Shown here one piece after another: positions 27,744 through 38,436 of a DNA stretch of 64,000 bases. Position 1 is the first letter of the stretch; every line of letters begins with the position of its first letter. The DNA lies in contig OZ242195.1 in assembly GCA_965205975.1 (NCBI GenBank), positions 2,240,001 to 2,304,000 on the forward strand. Reading direction: 5' to 3'. The notes below the pieces were generated by a model. The model was not told where the DNA came from and ran no database searches. It saw nothing but the letters and a program-made list of their open reading frames with translations. The position numbers were made by a program, and so were the translations under genes. This DNA comes from Candidatus Latescibacterota bacterium (GTDB lineage: Bacteria > Latescibacterota > UBA2968).

Positions 27744-30095
27744 TTATATTCCAAATCCCCCGCGTCGGTGTTCAAACTTTATTTGCGGGATGTCCTTAAT
27801 ATTGATCTTAAAAAAGAACCCCTTATTAAAACCCGCGGGATACCACGAAAATCGCGCTTCCCAACAGTGCAGATCGCGGTAAAGCGATAGGCTTTGCGCC
27901 GAGATTTTGGCATCGGGCAGAACATCGATATTGATCGAATAGTCAATTCTTATAAATTGGCGAGGATTGATGCCAACATCTGCTTTGATCCAGGATGTTT
28001 TGCTCGTTGTACTGCCAAACCGCCGCATCGCAATATAGTGTGAGAGATTGAATCGCCAGGGTTGGCTGGTGCCACCGAAATCGCTATATAGATCGCGTTC
28101 AAAGCCAAAATCTGCGCCATATCCCCCCCCGTATCCACCGCCATATCCAGCATCATACCCAGGGTCGTATCCATCGGGAAGAGCGGACTGGATAACCATA
28201 TTGCCTCGTCCAGCTCGACCGCCAGAAAAACGGAAATTGGAGGTAATGGTCAGATTCTGCATGCGCGGATGCAAAAGCGAACGCTGGCCTGTACTGTCAT
28301 AGAGCGTATGGGTCATCGCAATGCGAACATCCACGCGGCGATCTGGTTTGAGAGACGCGCTGGCACGAAGCGGACGCCATTTTTGTCTCGGCGCGTCAAA
28401 ATCATATCCCGTTGACAAATTGAGCGTCGCCAGGGTAAAGCGACGCACATCGTCGTCGCGCTGGGTTTTGAGTTCAAAAGTATTGCCGATATTAAAATTT
28501 ATGCTGCGTCTGGCATCGTCCCATCTGCGATTGCCCCCAAAACCCAGAGTTCCTTGAAATATGCTTCCCGATTGATTGTAATTGAAATTGATTCGAGGCT
28601 GAAAACGATGTCGGATGCCGCGCAACTGGCCAATTTGCGGTTGGAAGATGCCGTATAATGTCGTACCCGAAGACAGTGCCGCATTGTAAGACGTGCGTCG
28701 GGTTGTCGAATCGGTATCGCTATATATAAACTCTTCGCCAAAATTAAAGCCCGGCGTGAGATCGAGCCAGCCCATGGGACGGTGTTGGCTGTTGACCGTG
28801 ACGCGGTTTTGAAGAGAGACGCGCTCCGTATTGGGCGCTGGATCGGGGTTGCGCGCAAAGTTATTCGACAAGGTACTCGAAACACCATAATAAAAGGCAC
28901 GATACCACGGTCCCGTAACAGATGTGGGTTCATTACCTCCAAATATGCGGCGTCTGTTTTGTCGAAAGCTGAGGCGGGGAAAGCCCTGAAAACTATTATT
29001 TTTTGTCCTCAGGTCGCGGTAATACGTTAGACTGCCGTCAATGCTGCGCCCGGATTCTATCCAGCGTTTGTCAAAAGAAAAACTGGACCTCAGTTGCCGA
29101 TTGAGATAGCGATAGAGATTATTGCTATTGCGTCGATCAAAGTTGGTACTGGTCGAAAACTGCCCGCTCCCCCTGATATTGGTCGTGGCGTTGAGGCGTT
29201 GCTGATGTTGCAAATTAAAGCGCCAATTGTGAGCCGTAGCATCGCCTGAGGTATCGTGGTCGTATCCGATATCCATTGAGCCACTGAATCGATTGCGTCT
29301 GGCATAAGCAAATCGCGATTCGAGCAAGAATCCACCACGCTCGCGCAAAGTACTCTTAACCGTGGCATCCCAGTATTCACTCGGCGCAAAATAATATCCC
29401 AAATTGTGAACAAAAATGCCATCGCGGCTGTTGCTGCCCACGCCCGGCGTGAGCAAGCCCGATTGCCGCCCGCGCTTGACTGGAAATACAAAAAAAGGAA
29501 CCCAGAAAACGGGAATCGGGCCAATGCGAAAAGTAACAGATCGCCCAATCGCCTTATCATCTTGCAAAATACGCACATTTTTGCACAAAAAATCGTAGTG
29601 TACATGGTCGCGGTCACAGGTACTCAAAGAGAGGTCCAGAGCATTTAGCGCTTTTTGACCATCGAGTACAATGCGGGCACCGCGATAGTGTTTGCGCTGA
29701 TGTGACGCGCGTCCATCTCGCACCCTACCGCGTTCTGTATCCAGGTTATAGATCATGTACTCACCCGATATTTTTTCGCTGCCGCGGGTAAATTGGGGTA
29801 GTCCCACGGTTTTTGCCCCGGTGGAATCGGGCAATGCGCGTGCCGTAACATGCCGGATGTTTTGATCGTATGTGATATAACCGGCTTTGAGTTGCAAATC
29901 GCGATAGCGCAAGATGGCATTGCCGATCAATTCGACGCGCCTGGTCTGTACGTGATAAACAACCTCGTCGGCGTCAAATGTTATGGAATCGCCAGCCACT
30001 TTTTGCGGCAAAACGGGTTGGCACCATCCCGGCGTAATCGCAAATAGCAGGAACAAAACGAGCCACACGGCTTGTATTTTATTACAAGTATTCAT
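27744..30095 (-). CDS. Putative LPS-assembly protein LptD-like outer-membrane protein
   Basis: Signal peptide, OstA-like N-terminus, PVFWVPFFVFP...RQSGLL.P, GYYFAPSEYWD, RDLHCWE. Start uncertain; the ORF extends to 30131. Confidence 0.8.
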   Translation of the reverse strand: MNTCNKIQAVWLVLFLLFAITPGWCQPVLPQKVAGDSITFDADEVVYHVQTRRVELIGNAILRYRDLQLKAGYITYDQNIRHVTARALPDSTGAKTVGLPQFTRGSEKISGEYMIYNLDTERGRVRDGRASHQRKHYRGARIVLDGQKALNALDLSLSTCDRDHVHYDFLCKNVRILQDDKAIGRSVTFRIGPIPVFWVPFFVFPVKRGRQSGLLTPGVGSNSRDGIFVHNLGYYFAPSEYWDATVKSTLRERGGFLLESRFAYARRNRFSGSMDIGYDHDTSGDATAHNWRFNLQHQQRLNATTNIRGSGQFSTSTNFDRRNSNNLYRYLNRQLRSSFSFDKRWIESGRSIDGSLTYYRDLRTKNNSFQGFPRLSFRQNRRRIFGGNEPTSVTGPWYRAFYYGVSSTLSNNFARNPDPAPNTERVSLQNRVTVNSQHRPMGWLDLTPGFNFGEEFIYSDTDSTTRRTSYNAALSSGTTLYGIFQPQIGQLRGIRHRFQPRINFNYNQSGSIFQGTLGFGGNRRWDDARRSINFNIGNTFELKTQRDDDVRRFTLATLNLSTGYDFDAPRQKWRPLRASASLKPDRRVDVRIAMTHTLYDSTGQRSLLHPRMQNLTITSNFRFSGGRAGRGNMVIQSALPDGYDPGYDAGYGGGYGGGYGADFGFERDLYSDFGGTSQPWRFNLSHYIAMRRFGSTTSKTSWIKADVGINPRQFIRIDYSINIDVLPDAKISAQSLSLYRDLHCWEARFSWYPAGFNKGFFFKINIKDIPQIKFEHRRGGFGI

Positions 30096-30294
30096 AATTT
30101 TAAAGTGTGTTGTGGATTTTGTGGAGTACAAACGTAAATTCGAGGATTGGAAAAGTCAACAGAGGTTCTATGGTAGAATCCTCTGGATCAATGCTTTGCG
30201 TCATGTCCTGTACAAACAAGGGAATACCTCGGTTGTTCCGTTTTTATTGATATATTTCAGCGGAATCTGTATCTTTACTTTTCGCAACAAATAT

Positions 30295-30381
30295 GCGGAC
30301 GTGGTGGAATTGGCAGACACGCCAGATTTAGGATCTGGTGGGGTAAAACCCGTGGGGGTTCGAGTCCCCCCGTCCGCACCA
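30295..30381 (+). tRNA. tRNA-Leu (TAG)
   Basis: GCGGACG acceptor stem, D-loop GGAATTGGCAGAC, anticodon arm CCAGA-TTTAGGA-TCTGG, long variable arm, GGTTCGAGTCC, 3' CCA. Confidence 0.95.
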
Positions 30382-30426
30382 AAGAACAATCAGGCGATTT
30401 GAGATCACGCCCCGAATTGCTGGCGA

Positions 30427-30460
30427 GAGAACTCCCTCTGGGGAGCTTTTTTATTTTTTT
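30427..30460 (+). terminator. Intrinsic terminator after tRNA
   Basis: CTCCC-TCTG-GGGAG stem followed by long T runs. Confidence 0.65.
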
Positions 30461-30501
30461 ACATATCCAATAACAAAAAACAACGTGAAAGCGAGGAATT
30501 T

Positions 30502-31773
30502 GTGGCAGCATTTTTGAATGACGATCAAGTGCGAACAATTCGAGAGGAATTTGGCACCCCTGTATATGTTTACGACCAGCGCACGCTGGAAGCACAGGCC
30601 GAGGCAGTATTGAATTTCCCCAATGCTTTTGGACTAACCGCGCGCTATGCGATGAAGGCATTGCCCAACAGCACCGTAATTCGCATCTTAACGCAAAAGG
30701 GATTGCACATCGACGCCAGCAGTGGATATGAGGCCGAGCGCGCCATGCGGGTTGGTGTGCCTGGTCCGCACATCATGCTTACGGCGCAGCAGATACCCAA
30801 TAATTTGAAACACCTGATCGAACAAGGCGTGATTTTTAATGCGTGTTCCTTGAACCAATTGCGAACTTATGGCGATCTGTTCCCCGGGCGATCCCTTTCC
30901 GTGCGTATCAATCCCGGCATGGGATCCGGGCACAGCAAGCGCACCAATGTGGGAGGACCGACGGCGAGTTTTGGGATCTGGCATGAATATATCTCCGATG
31001 TTCATAAAATTTGCAAACAGCGCGATTTGACAATAACGACCATGCACACGCATATCGGATCGGGCAGCGATCCCGAAGTATGGGAACGCGTCGCACTGAT
31101 GTCATTGAAAATTTGCGTTGGATTTGAAAACGCCACCACATTGAGCCTGGGAGGTGGGTACAAGATTGGGCGTATGTCGGGTGAAGTATCAACGGATTTA
31201 CAGGTGATCGGACAACACATGGCAGAAGCCTTTGAAATGACCGCGAGACAAACCGGACGATCGTTGCGTTTGGAAGTGGAACCCGGCACATATCTGGTCG
31301 CAAATGCCGGCGCAATCGTTGCAACGGCGATTGATGTGGTAGATACCGGGAAAGACGGGTACAAATTCATCAAAACCGATACCGGTATGACCGAAGTGAT
31401 TCGACCGAGCATGTACGGGGCGCAGCACCCTATTGCCGTGGTGCCCGCCGAGAAAGAAGAACGCGGGATTGACGAATATATTGTCGTAGGACATTGTTGT
31501 GAAAGCGGCGACGTATTAACCCCTGCGCCCGATGATCCCGAAGGATTACTGCCCCGGTTATTGACAAAAACAAAAGAGGGAGACGCAGTGGTCATTGACG
31601 GAGCGGGAGCGTATTGTGCGGGCATGTCCTCTAAAAATTACAATTCCTTTCCCGAAGCAGCCGAAGTATTATTGGACAGAGACGGCGCATTGCACTTAAT
31701 TCGGAAACGCCAGACATTAGATCAGGTTTTGGAAAACGAAATTGTACCGGATTTTTTGACCTCTGAGAGCTAA
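30502..31773 (+). CDS. lysA: Diaminopimelate decarboxylase
   Basis: GTPVYVYD, YAMKA, HIGSG, LGGG, EPGTY, CESGD, GAYC...NYNS. Confidence 0.92.
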   Translation: MAAFLNDDQVRTIREEFGTPVYVYDQRTLEAQAEAVLNFPNAFGLTARYAMKALPNSTVIRILTQKGLHIDASSGYEAERAMRVGVPGPHIMLTAQQIPNNLKHLIEQGVIFNACSLNQLRTYGDLFPGRSLSVRINPGMGSGHSKRTNVGGPTASFGIWHEYISDVHKICKQRDLTITTMHTHIGSGSDPEVWERVALMSLKICVGFENATTLSLGGGYKIGRMSGEVSTDLQVIGQHMAEAFEMTARQTGRSLRLEVEPGTYLVANAGAIVATAIDVVDTGKDGYKFIKTDTGMTEVIRPSMYGAQHPIAVVPAEKEERGIDEYIVVGHCCESGDVLTPAPDDPEGLLPRLLTKTKEGDAVVIDGAGAYCAGMSSKNYNSFPEAAEVLLDRDGALHLIRKRQTLDQVLENEIVPDFLTSES

Positions 31774-31776
31774 TCT

Positions 31777-32916
31777 ATGACTTATGACGCAATTGTATTG
31801 GGCGCCGGGATCAATGGATGCGGTATCGCGCGAGAACTCGCCGAGCGCGGGCAACGGGTGCTGGTACTGGACAAAGGCGCGATTGGCGGCGGCACATCAT
31901 CCAAATCGTCGCGATTGATCCACGGTGGATTGCGCTATTTGGAAACGCGACAATTTGGGCTGGTGCGAGAGGCTTTGGCTGATCGGTTGGAGCTTTTGGG
32001 ACGCTATCCCGAACTGGTCTCAATGCGACCGTTTTATCTGCCGATTTATCGCAAGAGTCCGCGTCCCGTCTGGAGGTTGTGGACGGGCATCAAGCTCTAC
32101 GACGCACTGGCGGGGCGACACAATATCTATCGGTCTCGCAAAATATCTCGAAAGCGATTTACGCGTGAATTCCCCGCATTAAAGCGAGAAGGAATTCGGG
32201 CGGTACTGCGCTATTACGACGGCAAGACAAATGATCTCGCACTCACAAAGCGCGTGGCAGAAGACGCGCAAGAACTGGGATGCGTATTTCGCGAAGGGAT
32301 AGACATTCAATACGTGGCATGGGACGAAACCGAATTTGTAGTGTCGGTTGGGGAAACAAAATACCGCAGTCACACCCTGATCAATGCTACAGGACCGTGG
32401 ATTGATGAAGTCATAGCGCGCTATCAGTTCCCCTCGCGATTTCAGATTCGCAAAGTGAGCGGCATCCACATTTTTGCAGATGGACTGCTTACACCCCACC
32501 CCTTGTTTTTGCAAACCCAGGGCAAGCGCATCTTTTTTCTTATACCCGAACCAGAACGCGATCAGACAATAATTGGCACAACCGAGCGCGAAGAGCACGG
32601 ACGGATTGATGACGTAGTGGTTCAAGAGGAAGATATCGAGTATTTGATTCGGGCAGTAAATGCGTACCTGACCCCAAACCGCCAACTTCGACGTACAGAT
32701 ATAACAGATGCCATTGTGGGCGTTCGTCCTCTCGTAGAAAAAAAAGGCGACGCAACCGCGCTCTCGCGGGAATACGAACTGGACTTGCACACGCGCGGGC
32801 AAACTCAATTACTCAATATATTCGGCGGAAAACTGACGACGTACTTATCGCTATCGCGTCGCGTCGCCAAAACACTCGGCATCAAAGAAATTGTGTCGAT
32901 AGCACTGCGGGCTTAA
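31777..32916 (+). CDS. FAD-dependent glycerol-3-phosphate dehydrogenase/oxidase-like protein (short form)
   Basis: GAGINGCGIA, GTSSKSSRLIHGGLRYLE, INATGPW, IGTTE, GVRPL, GGKLTTY. Confidence 0.8.
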   Translation: MTYDAIVLGAGINGCGIARELAERGQRVLVLDKGAIGGGTSSKSSRLIHGGLRYLETRQFGLVREALADRLELLGRYPELVSMRPFYLPIYRKSPRPVWRLWTGIKLYDALAGRHNIYRSRKISRKRFTREFPALKREGIRAVLRYYDGKTNDLALTKRVAEDAQELGCVFREGIDIQYVAWDETEFVVSVGETKYRSHTLINATGPWIDEVIARYQFPSRFQIRKVSGIHIFADGLLTPHPLFLQTQGKRIFFLIPEPERDQTIIGTTEREEHGRIDDVVVQEEDIEYLIRAVNAYLTPNRQLRRTDITDAIVGVRPLVEKKGDATALSREYELDLHTRGQTQLLNIFGGKLTTYLSLSRRVAKTLGIKEIVSIALRA

Positions 32917-32928
32917 CCGGAGGAATAG

Positions 32929-34341
32929 ATGCTAAAAAAATTGGACAATTTCAAAACAGCCGTTCTGCCCGAACGCAAATTTGGATTTTGGCAAATGGTG
33001 GGACCGGGTGCCATCCTGGTCGGGCTATCCATCGGCGCGGGCGAGATCATTGTGTGGCCTCTTGTAGTCGCCGAATACGGAGCGAGCATGATCTGGGCTG
33101 CGGTACTCGGTGTATTTTTGCAAATGTGGATCAACTTTGAGGTCGGGCGATGGACAATTGCCACGGGTGAAACAGTATATACGGGATTTGCGCGCGTGTG
33201 GCGTGGTTTTGCACCGCTATTTATACTGATCACATTATTCTCCTGGATCGCCCCGGGATGGGGACGCGCTTCGGGATTGGCTCTCAAAGCACTGCTGGTC
33301 GGTCCCCATGGTTGGGGATCGGACACGTTTTGGACCGTGATTACATTTATCGGCGTCGCACTGATATTGTTTGGCCCCAAGCTCATTTACAATTCAATGG
33401 AAAAAGCCGTTGAACTGATGGTGGCGATTGTCACCATAGGATTAATTATGGTAGCTTTTGCCGTGGGCACGGCAGAAACGTGGATCGACCTGGGAAAAGG
33501 AATCGCGAACATCGGTTACAAAGATCCAAATATGTCCGTAAAGGCACTATTTATCGCCATCGTATTTGCCGGCGCTGGAGGAACGGCAAATTTGTTTTAC
33601 ACCTTCTATTTGCGCGACAAACACATCGGCATGGGCGCGCATGTGCCAGTCATGCAAAATCCATTGCGAAGCCGCGCAGAAGCCGTTCCATCTACCGGAT
33701 TTGTATTTGAAGAAACAGAAGAAAACGCAACGCGGTTCAAGGCGTGGTGGGATTATATAAAAAAAGATCAGATGTTGTTTTTCTGGGGATTAAACTCCGT
33801 TACAATGATGTTATTCATCTTTGGATCCCTCGCAGTCCTGCATCCCCAGGGCATTGTTCCCGCGCGCGGCACGCTGATTTGGGACGAAGCCGCTATTCTG
33901 GGCGAAATTTGGGGCGACATAGGCCGCGTTATCTTTCTCCTGGTGGGGCTGGCAACGCTGTTTGGCACACAACTCGCCCTCGTAGATGGGGTCTCGCGAT
34001 CAATCGCAGACATTGTATATACCAATTTTAAAGGCGCGCAAAAACGAGAACTGAGCTGGTGGTATCTTCTGGTCGCGGGAATATGGATTGTGGCCGGTTG
34101 TGTGATCACTTTTGTGATGGAACAATACGGTGTAAGTGAATTGGGCTTTCTGTTCAATGCGGCCTATATGGGCGGATTTGCCATGGCGATTTACGTACCG
34201 CTGATGCTGTACATAAATTATCGCTACTTGCCAAAAACCGCCCGACCGGGCAAAGGATGCACCGCGATGATGGCGATTGCATCACTGGTCTATGTGGTAT
34301 TTGCCATAGCCTGTATTTTGTGGGAAGTGGGTATTGTATAG
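32929..34341 (+). CDS. Nramp-like (YcsG-type) divalent cation/solute transporter
   Basis: GPGAILVGLSIGAGE, EVGRWTIATGET and multiple TM helices. Confidence 0.7.
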   Translation: MLKKLDNFKTAVLPERKFGFWQMVGPGAILVGLSIGAGEIIVWPLVVAEYGASMIWAAVLGVFLQMWINFEVGRWTIATGETVYTGFARVWRGFAPLFILITLFSWIAPGWGRASGLALKALLVGPHGWGSDTFWTVITFIGVALILFGPKLIYNSMEKAVELMVAIVTIGLIMVAFAVGTAETWIDLGKGIANIGYKDPNMSVKALFIAIVFAGAGGTANLFYTFYLRDKHIGMGAHVPVMQNPLRSRAEAVPSTGFVFEETEENATRFKAWWDYIKKDQMLFFWGLNSVTMMLFIFGSLAVLHPQGIVPARGTLIWDEAAILGEIWGDIGRVIFLLVGLATLFGTQLALVDGVSRSIADIVYTNFKGAQKRELSWWYLLVAGIWIVAGCVITFVMEQYGVSELGFLFNAAYMGGFAMAIYVPLMLYINYRYLPKTARPGKGCTAMMAIASLVYVVFAIACILWEVGIV

Positions 34342-34350
34342 GAGATCTTT

Positions 34351-35502
34351 ATGCCCAGAGAAATAGAAGCATCGTGGGAAAATGGGATTCGCAGCGTGCG
34401 CCGCGATGAAATGGGGCGTTTGTGTCAGCTACTCGACAACGTATTTTTTGAGGGGCTGTCAGATATGCAACCACACGCCTTCAATGACGATAATATGCAC
34501 AATTTGCGCGTGGTCGTGGAAAACGGCGAAGTCGTATCGCACATCGGCACAATTCGGCGGAACATATCCATTATGGGATGCACACTCCGCGTAGCGTCTC
34601 TGGGAGGGGTGGCGACTTGCGAAGCCCATCGGGGCAAGGGCTATGCCACGGCACTCCTGCGAGATACCATGCACCACTGCCGCAAAGATGACGTAGATTA
34701 TATCATGGTATCGGGCTATCGCAACATGTACCACCGATATGGGTGTCGATATGTGGGGCGAGACTGGATGTTTCAAATCGCGCGTGAGAGAACAAACGAT
34801 TTTGACGATACAACCTGGACGATAACACAGGCATCAAAGGCAGATGTCGAAACTATTGGAACCATCTACCGACGCGAACCCGTGCGCTGGCTGCGCCCGC
34901 CTTCGGACATCGCCTTTGGCATAGATGGATGGGTGCAGAACCGTCCGGCAAAAACCTATCTGATTTATCGTGGAGACCAACCCGTCGCTTTTGGGGTCAT
35001 GCAGCAGGCACGCGAGCGAGATGATGGGCAAGTGCACTTGCTCGATTATGCCGGTGAGCGGTCTGCAATCGTCGGCGCATTGGGCAAGTTTATCGAAAAG
35101 CAGCATTTGAATCGACTATCAGTGCACGTCAAAGAATTCGACACCGTATTGCGCGGCTTGCTCGAAGCGCGCGATTTGCCAGGCGAACCAGCCAATCTAC
35201 CCGGCACGACGATGATCATTCATTTCGAACAATTACTCAAAAAAATGCGTCCTTATTTTGTCGAACGAGTCGGAGAACACGCCGCCTATGGGCTGGTATT
35301 TCGGGAATCAGGTGATGAATATCACATCTACTACGGCGGTGACCGCGTGGTGGCCGAAAGCCGCGGTGCAGCGGCACAACTGATTTTTGGAACCCAAGAA
35401 GAAACTGAGAACGCGATGTTGGATGCCGGCGGACATGCAGGTGAGATTTTGCGCGCCTGCCTACCGATTCCGGGAGTTTGGTACGGGGTGAATCATCTTT
35501 GA
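34351..35502 (+). CDS. GNAT (Eis-like) acetyltransferase
   Basis: LGGVATCEAHRGKGYATALL and MYHRYG. Confidence 0.8.
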   Translation: MPREIEASWENGIRSVRRDEMGRLCQLLDNVFFEGLSDMQPHAFNDDNMHNLRVVVENGEVVSHIGTIRRNISIMGCTLRVASLGGVATCEAHRGKGYATALLRDTMHHCRKDDVDYIMVSGYRNMYHRYGCRYVGRDWMFQIARERTNDFDDTTWTITQASKADVETIGTIYRREPVRWLRPPSDIAFGIDGWVQNRPAKTYLIYRGDQPVAFGVMQQARERDDGQVHLLDYAGERSAIVGALGKFIEKQHLNRLSVHVKEFDTVLRGLLEARDLPGEPANLPGTTMIIHFEQLLKKMRPYFVERVGEHAAYGLVFRESGDEYHIYYGGDRVVAESRGAAAQLIFGTQEETENAMLDAGGHAGEILRACLPIPGVWYGVNHL

Positions 35503-35616
35503 GCGAGCCAGATAGCTAATCCGCATCTCAAACTCTATTTTATCTTGCTATCTTATATTGTGTGCCTTATAATTACGGTGCAAATCTAATTTTCATAAAT
35601 TTGTAAGGATATTTTC

Positions 35617-36018
35617 ATGGCAACTCCAGATGGTGATTCCACAGACATACTCTATGAGCAAGTCCTCGATAATGCACGTCGGGAAATTGAAGATGCACTG
35701 GCTATGATGGACGAATTACGCCAATCGATTCGTCAGATAGAAGCCCGGGTCGAAGCTGCCCAATCGATTTATAACGCCGTTACCGCGAGATTGAATTTGG
35801 AAGATGAACTCGCCGAGGAAATACAACTGGACATACCTCCTGTTGCGCCACCTGAAGTAGCGCCAGAACCGTCGCCACCATCCGAGCCATCTGAACCGGA
35901 AGAACCCCTGGAGGTCGATGAGGTAGAATCCCCATCCGAACAAGAGGATACGCCAGTGCTCTCTGAAGCTGAGCGCGCGCTTATCAGTGAGCATCTGCGC
36001 TCAAAGCGCAAAGGATAA
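35617..36018 (+). CDS. Hypothetical coiled-coil, Pro/Glu-rich protein
   Basis: 133-aa ORF with AAGGA RBS, followed by a hairpin. Confidence 0.7.
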   Translation: MATPDGDSTDILYEQVLDNARREIEDALAMMDELRQSIRQIEARVEAAQSIYNAVTARLNLEDELAEEIQLDIPPVAPPEVAPEPSPPSEPSEPEEPLEVDEVESPSEQEDTPVLSEAERALISEHLRSKRKG

Positions 36019-36043
36019 GTACCCATATACCTATCATTTTCAT

Positions 36044-36088
36044 AGAACAGGGCTTCTCATCTTGCAGAAATCCCTGTTCTTTATATTT
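36044..36088 (+). terminator. Hairpin/terminator
   Basis: AGAACAGGG...CCCTGTTCT followed by a T-rich tract. Confidence 0.55.
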
Positions 36089-36137
36089 TAGGGGATGGCT
36101 TTTAGAAAATGCAAACACGCCAATCGAAGGAATTTTT

Positions 36138-37580
36138 ATGAGCATGTGTGACACGGAGAAATCCGTTGACGAGATGGACGCCCGGGAACGGGCACGCTAT
36201 ATTGACGCTCTGACGCCCAGAGGTGGTTTATATACCGAAGTACAACGCGAGGTACATCCGCAGTCGAATAGTTCGTGGCGCGTATCGCCCGATCCGTGGT
36301 GGCTACCGCCCCCGGTTCTATCACACCTCGAGGCATTGGGGCAGCATCTCTATCAGTTTTACAAAGCACTGAATCTATTGTATTCGCAAAGTATAAGGGG
36401 TATTCAGCCCACATGGATCGCACGGTATCTGGATCAAGGCAAATCGGAAGAAGTGATCAAATTTGGACAAATGAGCCGATTCAAAAGCCATGTGCCCCTC
36501 GTGATTCGGCCCGATGTGATACCCACGCGAGCGGGAATGATTGCAACGGAATTGGATTCCGTACCCGGTGGGATTGGATTTACTGCAAGCCTGGCAGAGC
36601 GATATGCCAAACTCGGCGATCAAATTGTGGGCGGCGCGAACGGGATGGTCACTGGATTTGCACAGATGGTTCGTGACGTTGCCAACACAGACGCGCCTGT
36701 GTTGGGCATAGTGGTCTCGGAAGAAGCATCGGCTTATCGACCCGAAATGGCGTACCTGGGCGAACGATTGAATGCCGCCGGTCTGGAAACATATGTCATT
36801 GGCCCCGAAGCAATATCTTTTATCGAAGATGGGCTATTTGTCGATGGAGAGCATGGTCGCCGACGCATAAACGTGATATACAGATTTTTTGAGTTATTCG
36901 ATTTGCGGAACCTGCCCCAAATAGATTTGATTTTATACGCAGTGCGTAAAGGCCTCGTCAAAATCACGCCCCCCTTAAAAGCATATCACGAAGAAAAGAT
37001 GATGATGGCACTATTCCACCATCCCTTGCTATCGAATTTCTGGCATCAACATTTGGGCAAAAAATCCGTGGCCTTTTTGCAACAAACCTTTCCCAAAACG
37101 TGGATCTTAGATCCCGCGCCATTGCCACCTCAGGGCATTATTGCGGGGTTGGAAATTGATGGGCAATCCTTTTCCGATTGGCGTGCGCTGGGGCACCTGG
37201 GGCAAAAACACCGGCAACTGGTCATCAAACCCTCGGGATATTCGGAAATGGCCTGGGGCAGTCGCGGTGTAACCATTGGGCACGACATGGCCGAGCGCGA
37301 TTGGCAAGGCGTGATCGACGAGGTGCTATGCGCTTTTGAACAAACGCCCCATATCATGCAGGAATTTCACAATGGCGCGACTTTTTCTGCTTCGTATTAC
37401 GATTACGAAACCGATCAAATCGAAACATTCAGAGGACGGGTGCGATTGCAACCCTATTATTTTGTCATAAAAAACAAAGCAGTACTTTCGGGCTTACAGG
37501 CGACAGTCTGTCCCGCAGACAAAAAAATATTGCACGGAATGGTAGATGCAGTGGTGATACCTGGCGCGGTTAAGAAGTGA
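36138..37580 (+). CDS. Hypothetical ATP-grasp-like ligase (glutathionylspermidine synthase-like fold)
   Basis: IRPD....ATELDSVPGG, VIYRFFE, LVIKPSG...GSRGV.IG, IMQEF. Confidence 0.55.
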   Translation: MSMCDTEKSVDEMDARERARYIDALTPRGGLYTEVQREVHPQSNSSWRVSPDPWWLPPPVLSHLEALGQHLYQFYKALNLLYSQSIRGIQPTWIARYLDQGKSEEVIKFGQMSRFKSHVPLVIRPDVIPTRAGMIATELDSVPGGIGFTASLAERYAKLGDQIVGGANGMVTGFAQMVRDVANTDAPVLGIVVSEEASAYRPEMAYLGERLNAAGLETYVIGPEAISFIEDGLFVDGEHGRRRINVIYRFFELFDLRNLPQIDLILYAVRKGLVKITPPLKAYHEEKMMMALFHHPLLSNFWHQHLGKKSVAFLQQTFPKTWILDPAPLPPQGIIAGLEIDGQSFSDWRALGHLGQKHRQLVIKPSGYSEMAWGSRGVTIGHDMAERDWQGVIDEVLCAFEQTPHIMQEFHNGATFSASYYDYETDQIETFRGRVRLQPYYFVIKNKAVLSGLQATVCPADKKILHGMVDAVVIPGAVKK

Positions 37581-37586
37581 GCGAGG

Positions 37587-38426
37587 ATGAAAAACATGAC
37601 ACTTGATGAAAAACTCACACGGCTGAATGATTTGTTCAAAGACATGGGCAGTGTAGTCGTGGCATTTTCGGGCGGAGTTGACAGCGCGTTTTTGGCAGCG
37701 GCAGCGCATCGGGTTCTGGGCGACCGCGCACTGGCAGTAACCGCGGTCTCCGCGAGCTATGCCTCTGGCGAACTCGAAAAAGCGCAATCACTGGCCGAGC
37801 AAATTGGCATTCGACTCGACATTGTCTATACCCGGGAGATGGAAAACCCCGACTACGTAAAAAACGATCCCGATCGGTGTTTTCACTGCAAAAGCGCGCT
37901 GGCCGATAAGCTGGACGAAGTAATCAAACACTATGCAGGAAAGTTCGAGTATCTGCTCTACGGCGCAATAGCCGACGATGTAGGCGACTATCGCCCGGGT
38001 ATGGCTGCCGCTGAATCCCGGGGTATTCGCGCGCCGATGGTCGAATTGGGATTCACCAAAGACGATGTCAGAACATTGTCAAAGCAATGGCAGCTCCCCA
38101 CCTGGGACATGCCCGCATCGGCGTGTTTGTCTTCTCGAATACCCTATGGCACAGCCGTCACAGAGGAAGCATTGCGTAAAATTGATCGCGCCGAACAATT
38201 TTTGAAATCCCGTGGATTTGTGCAAGTGCGCGTTCGGCATCACGAAGACATTGCCCGAATTGAAGTTCCGCCTGAGGATCTGGCGCTGTTTTTTCAAGAT
38301 GGTACAAACGAGGTAGTGGCCCAGGCACTCAAAAATATCGGGTATCGCTATGTCACTTTGGATATTCAGGGATATCGCACGGGCAGCTTAAATGAAGCGT
38401 TATTAAGGATAGATATGAAGGACTAA
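37587..38426 (+). CDS. larE: ATP-dependent sulfur transferase LarE
   Basis: PP-loop SGGVDS, RCFHCK, DYRPG, SACLSSRIPYG, VRVRHH..IARIEV. Confidence 0.9.
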   Translation: MKNMTLDEKLTRLNDLFKDMGSVVVAFSGGVDSAFLAAAAHRVLGDRALAVTAVSASYASGELEKAQSLAEQIGIRLDIVYTREMENPDYVKNDPDRCFHCKSALADKLDEVIKHYAGKFEYLLYGAIADDVGDYRPGMAAAESRGIRAPMVELGFTKDDVRTLSKQWQLPTWDMPASACLSSRIPYGTAVTEEALRKIDRAEQFLKSRGFVQVRVRHHEDIARIEVPPEDLALFFQDGTNEVVAQALKNIGYRYVTLDIQGYRTGSLNEALLRIDMKD

Positions 38427-38436
38427 ACTGATAAAC

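Noticed and set aside
30295..30381. tRNA-Leu as an island integration site
   Set aside because: No integrase nearby, I saw no duplicated tRNA 3' end, and the flanking genes are housekeeping.
30382..30501. Lysine riboswitch upstream of lysA
   Set aside because: The gap is only about 120 bp, is occupied by the tRNA terminator and lacks lysine-aptamer motifs.
35617..37580. Acidic small protein as RiPP precursor for the ATP-grasp-like enzyme
   Set aside because: A terminator-like hairpin separates them, and no core repeats, protease or transporter support it.
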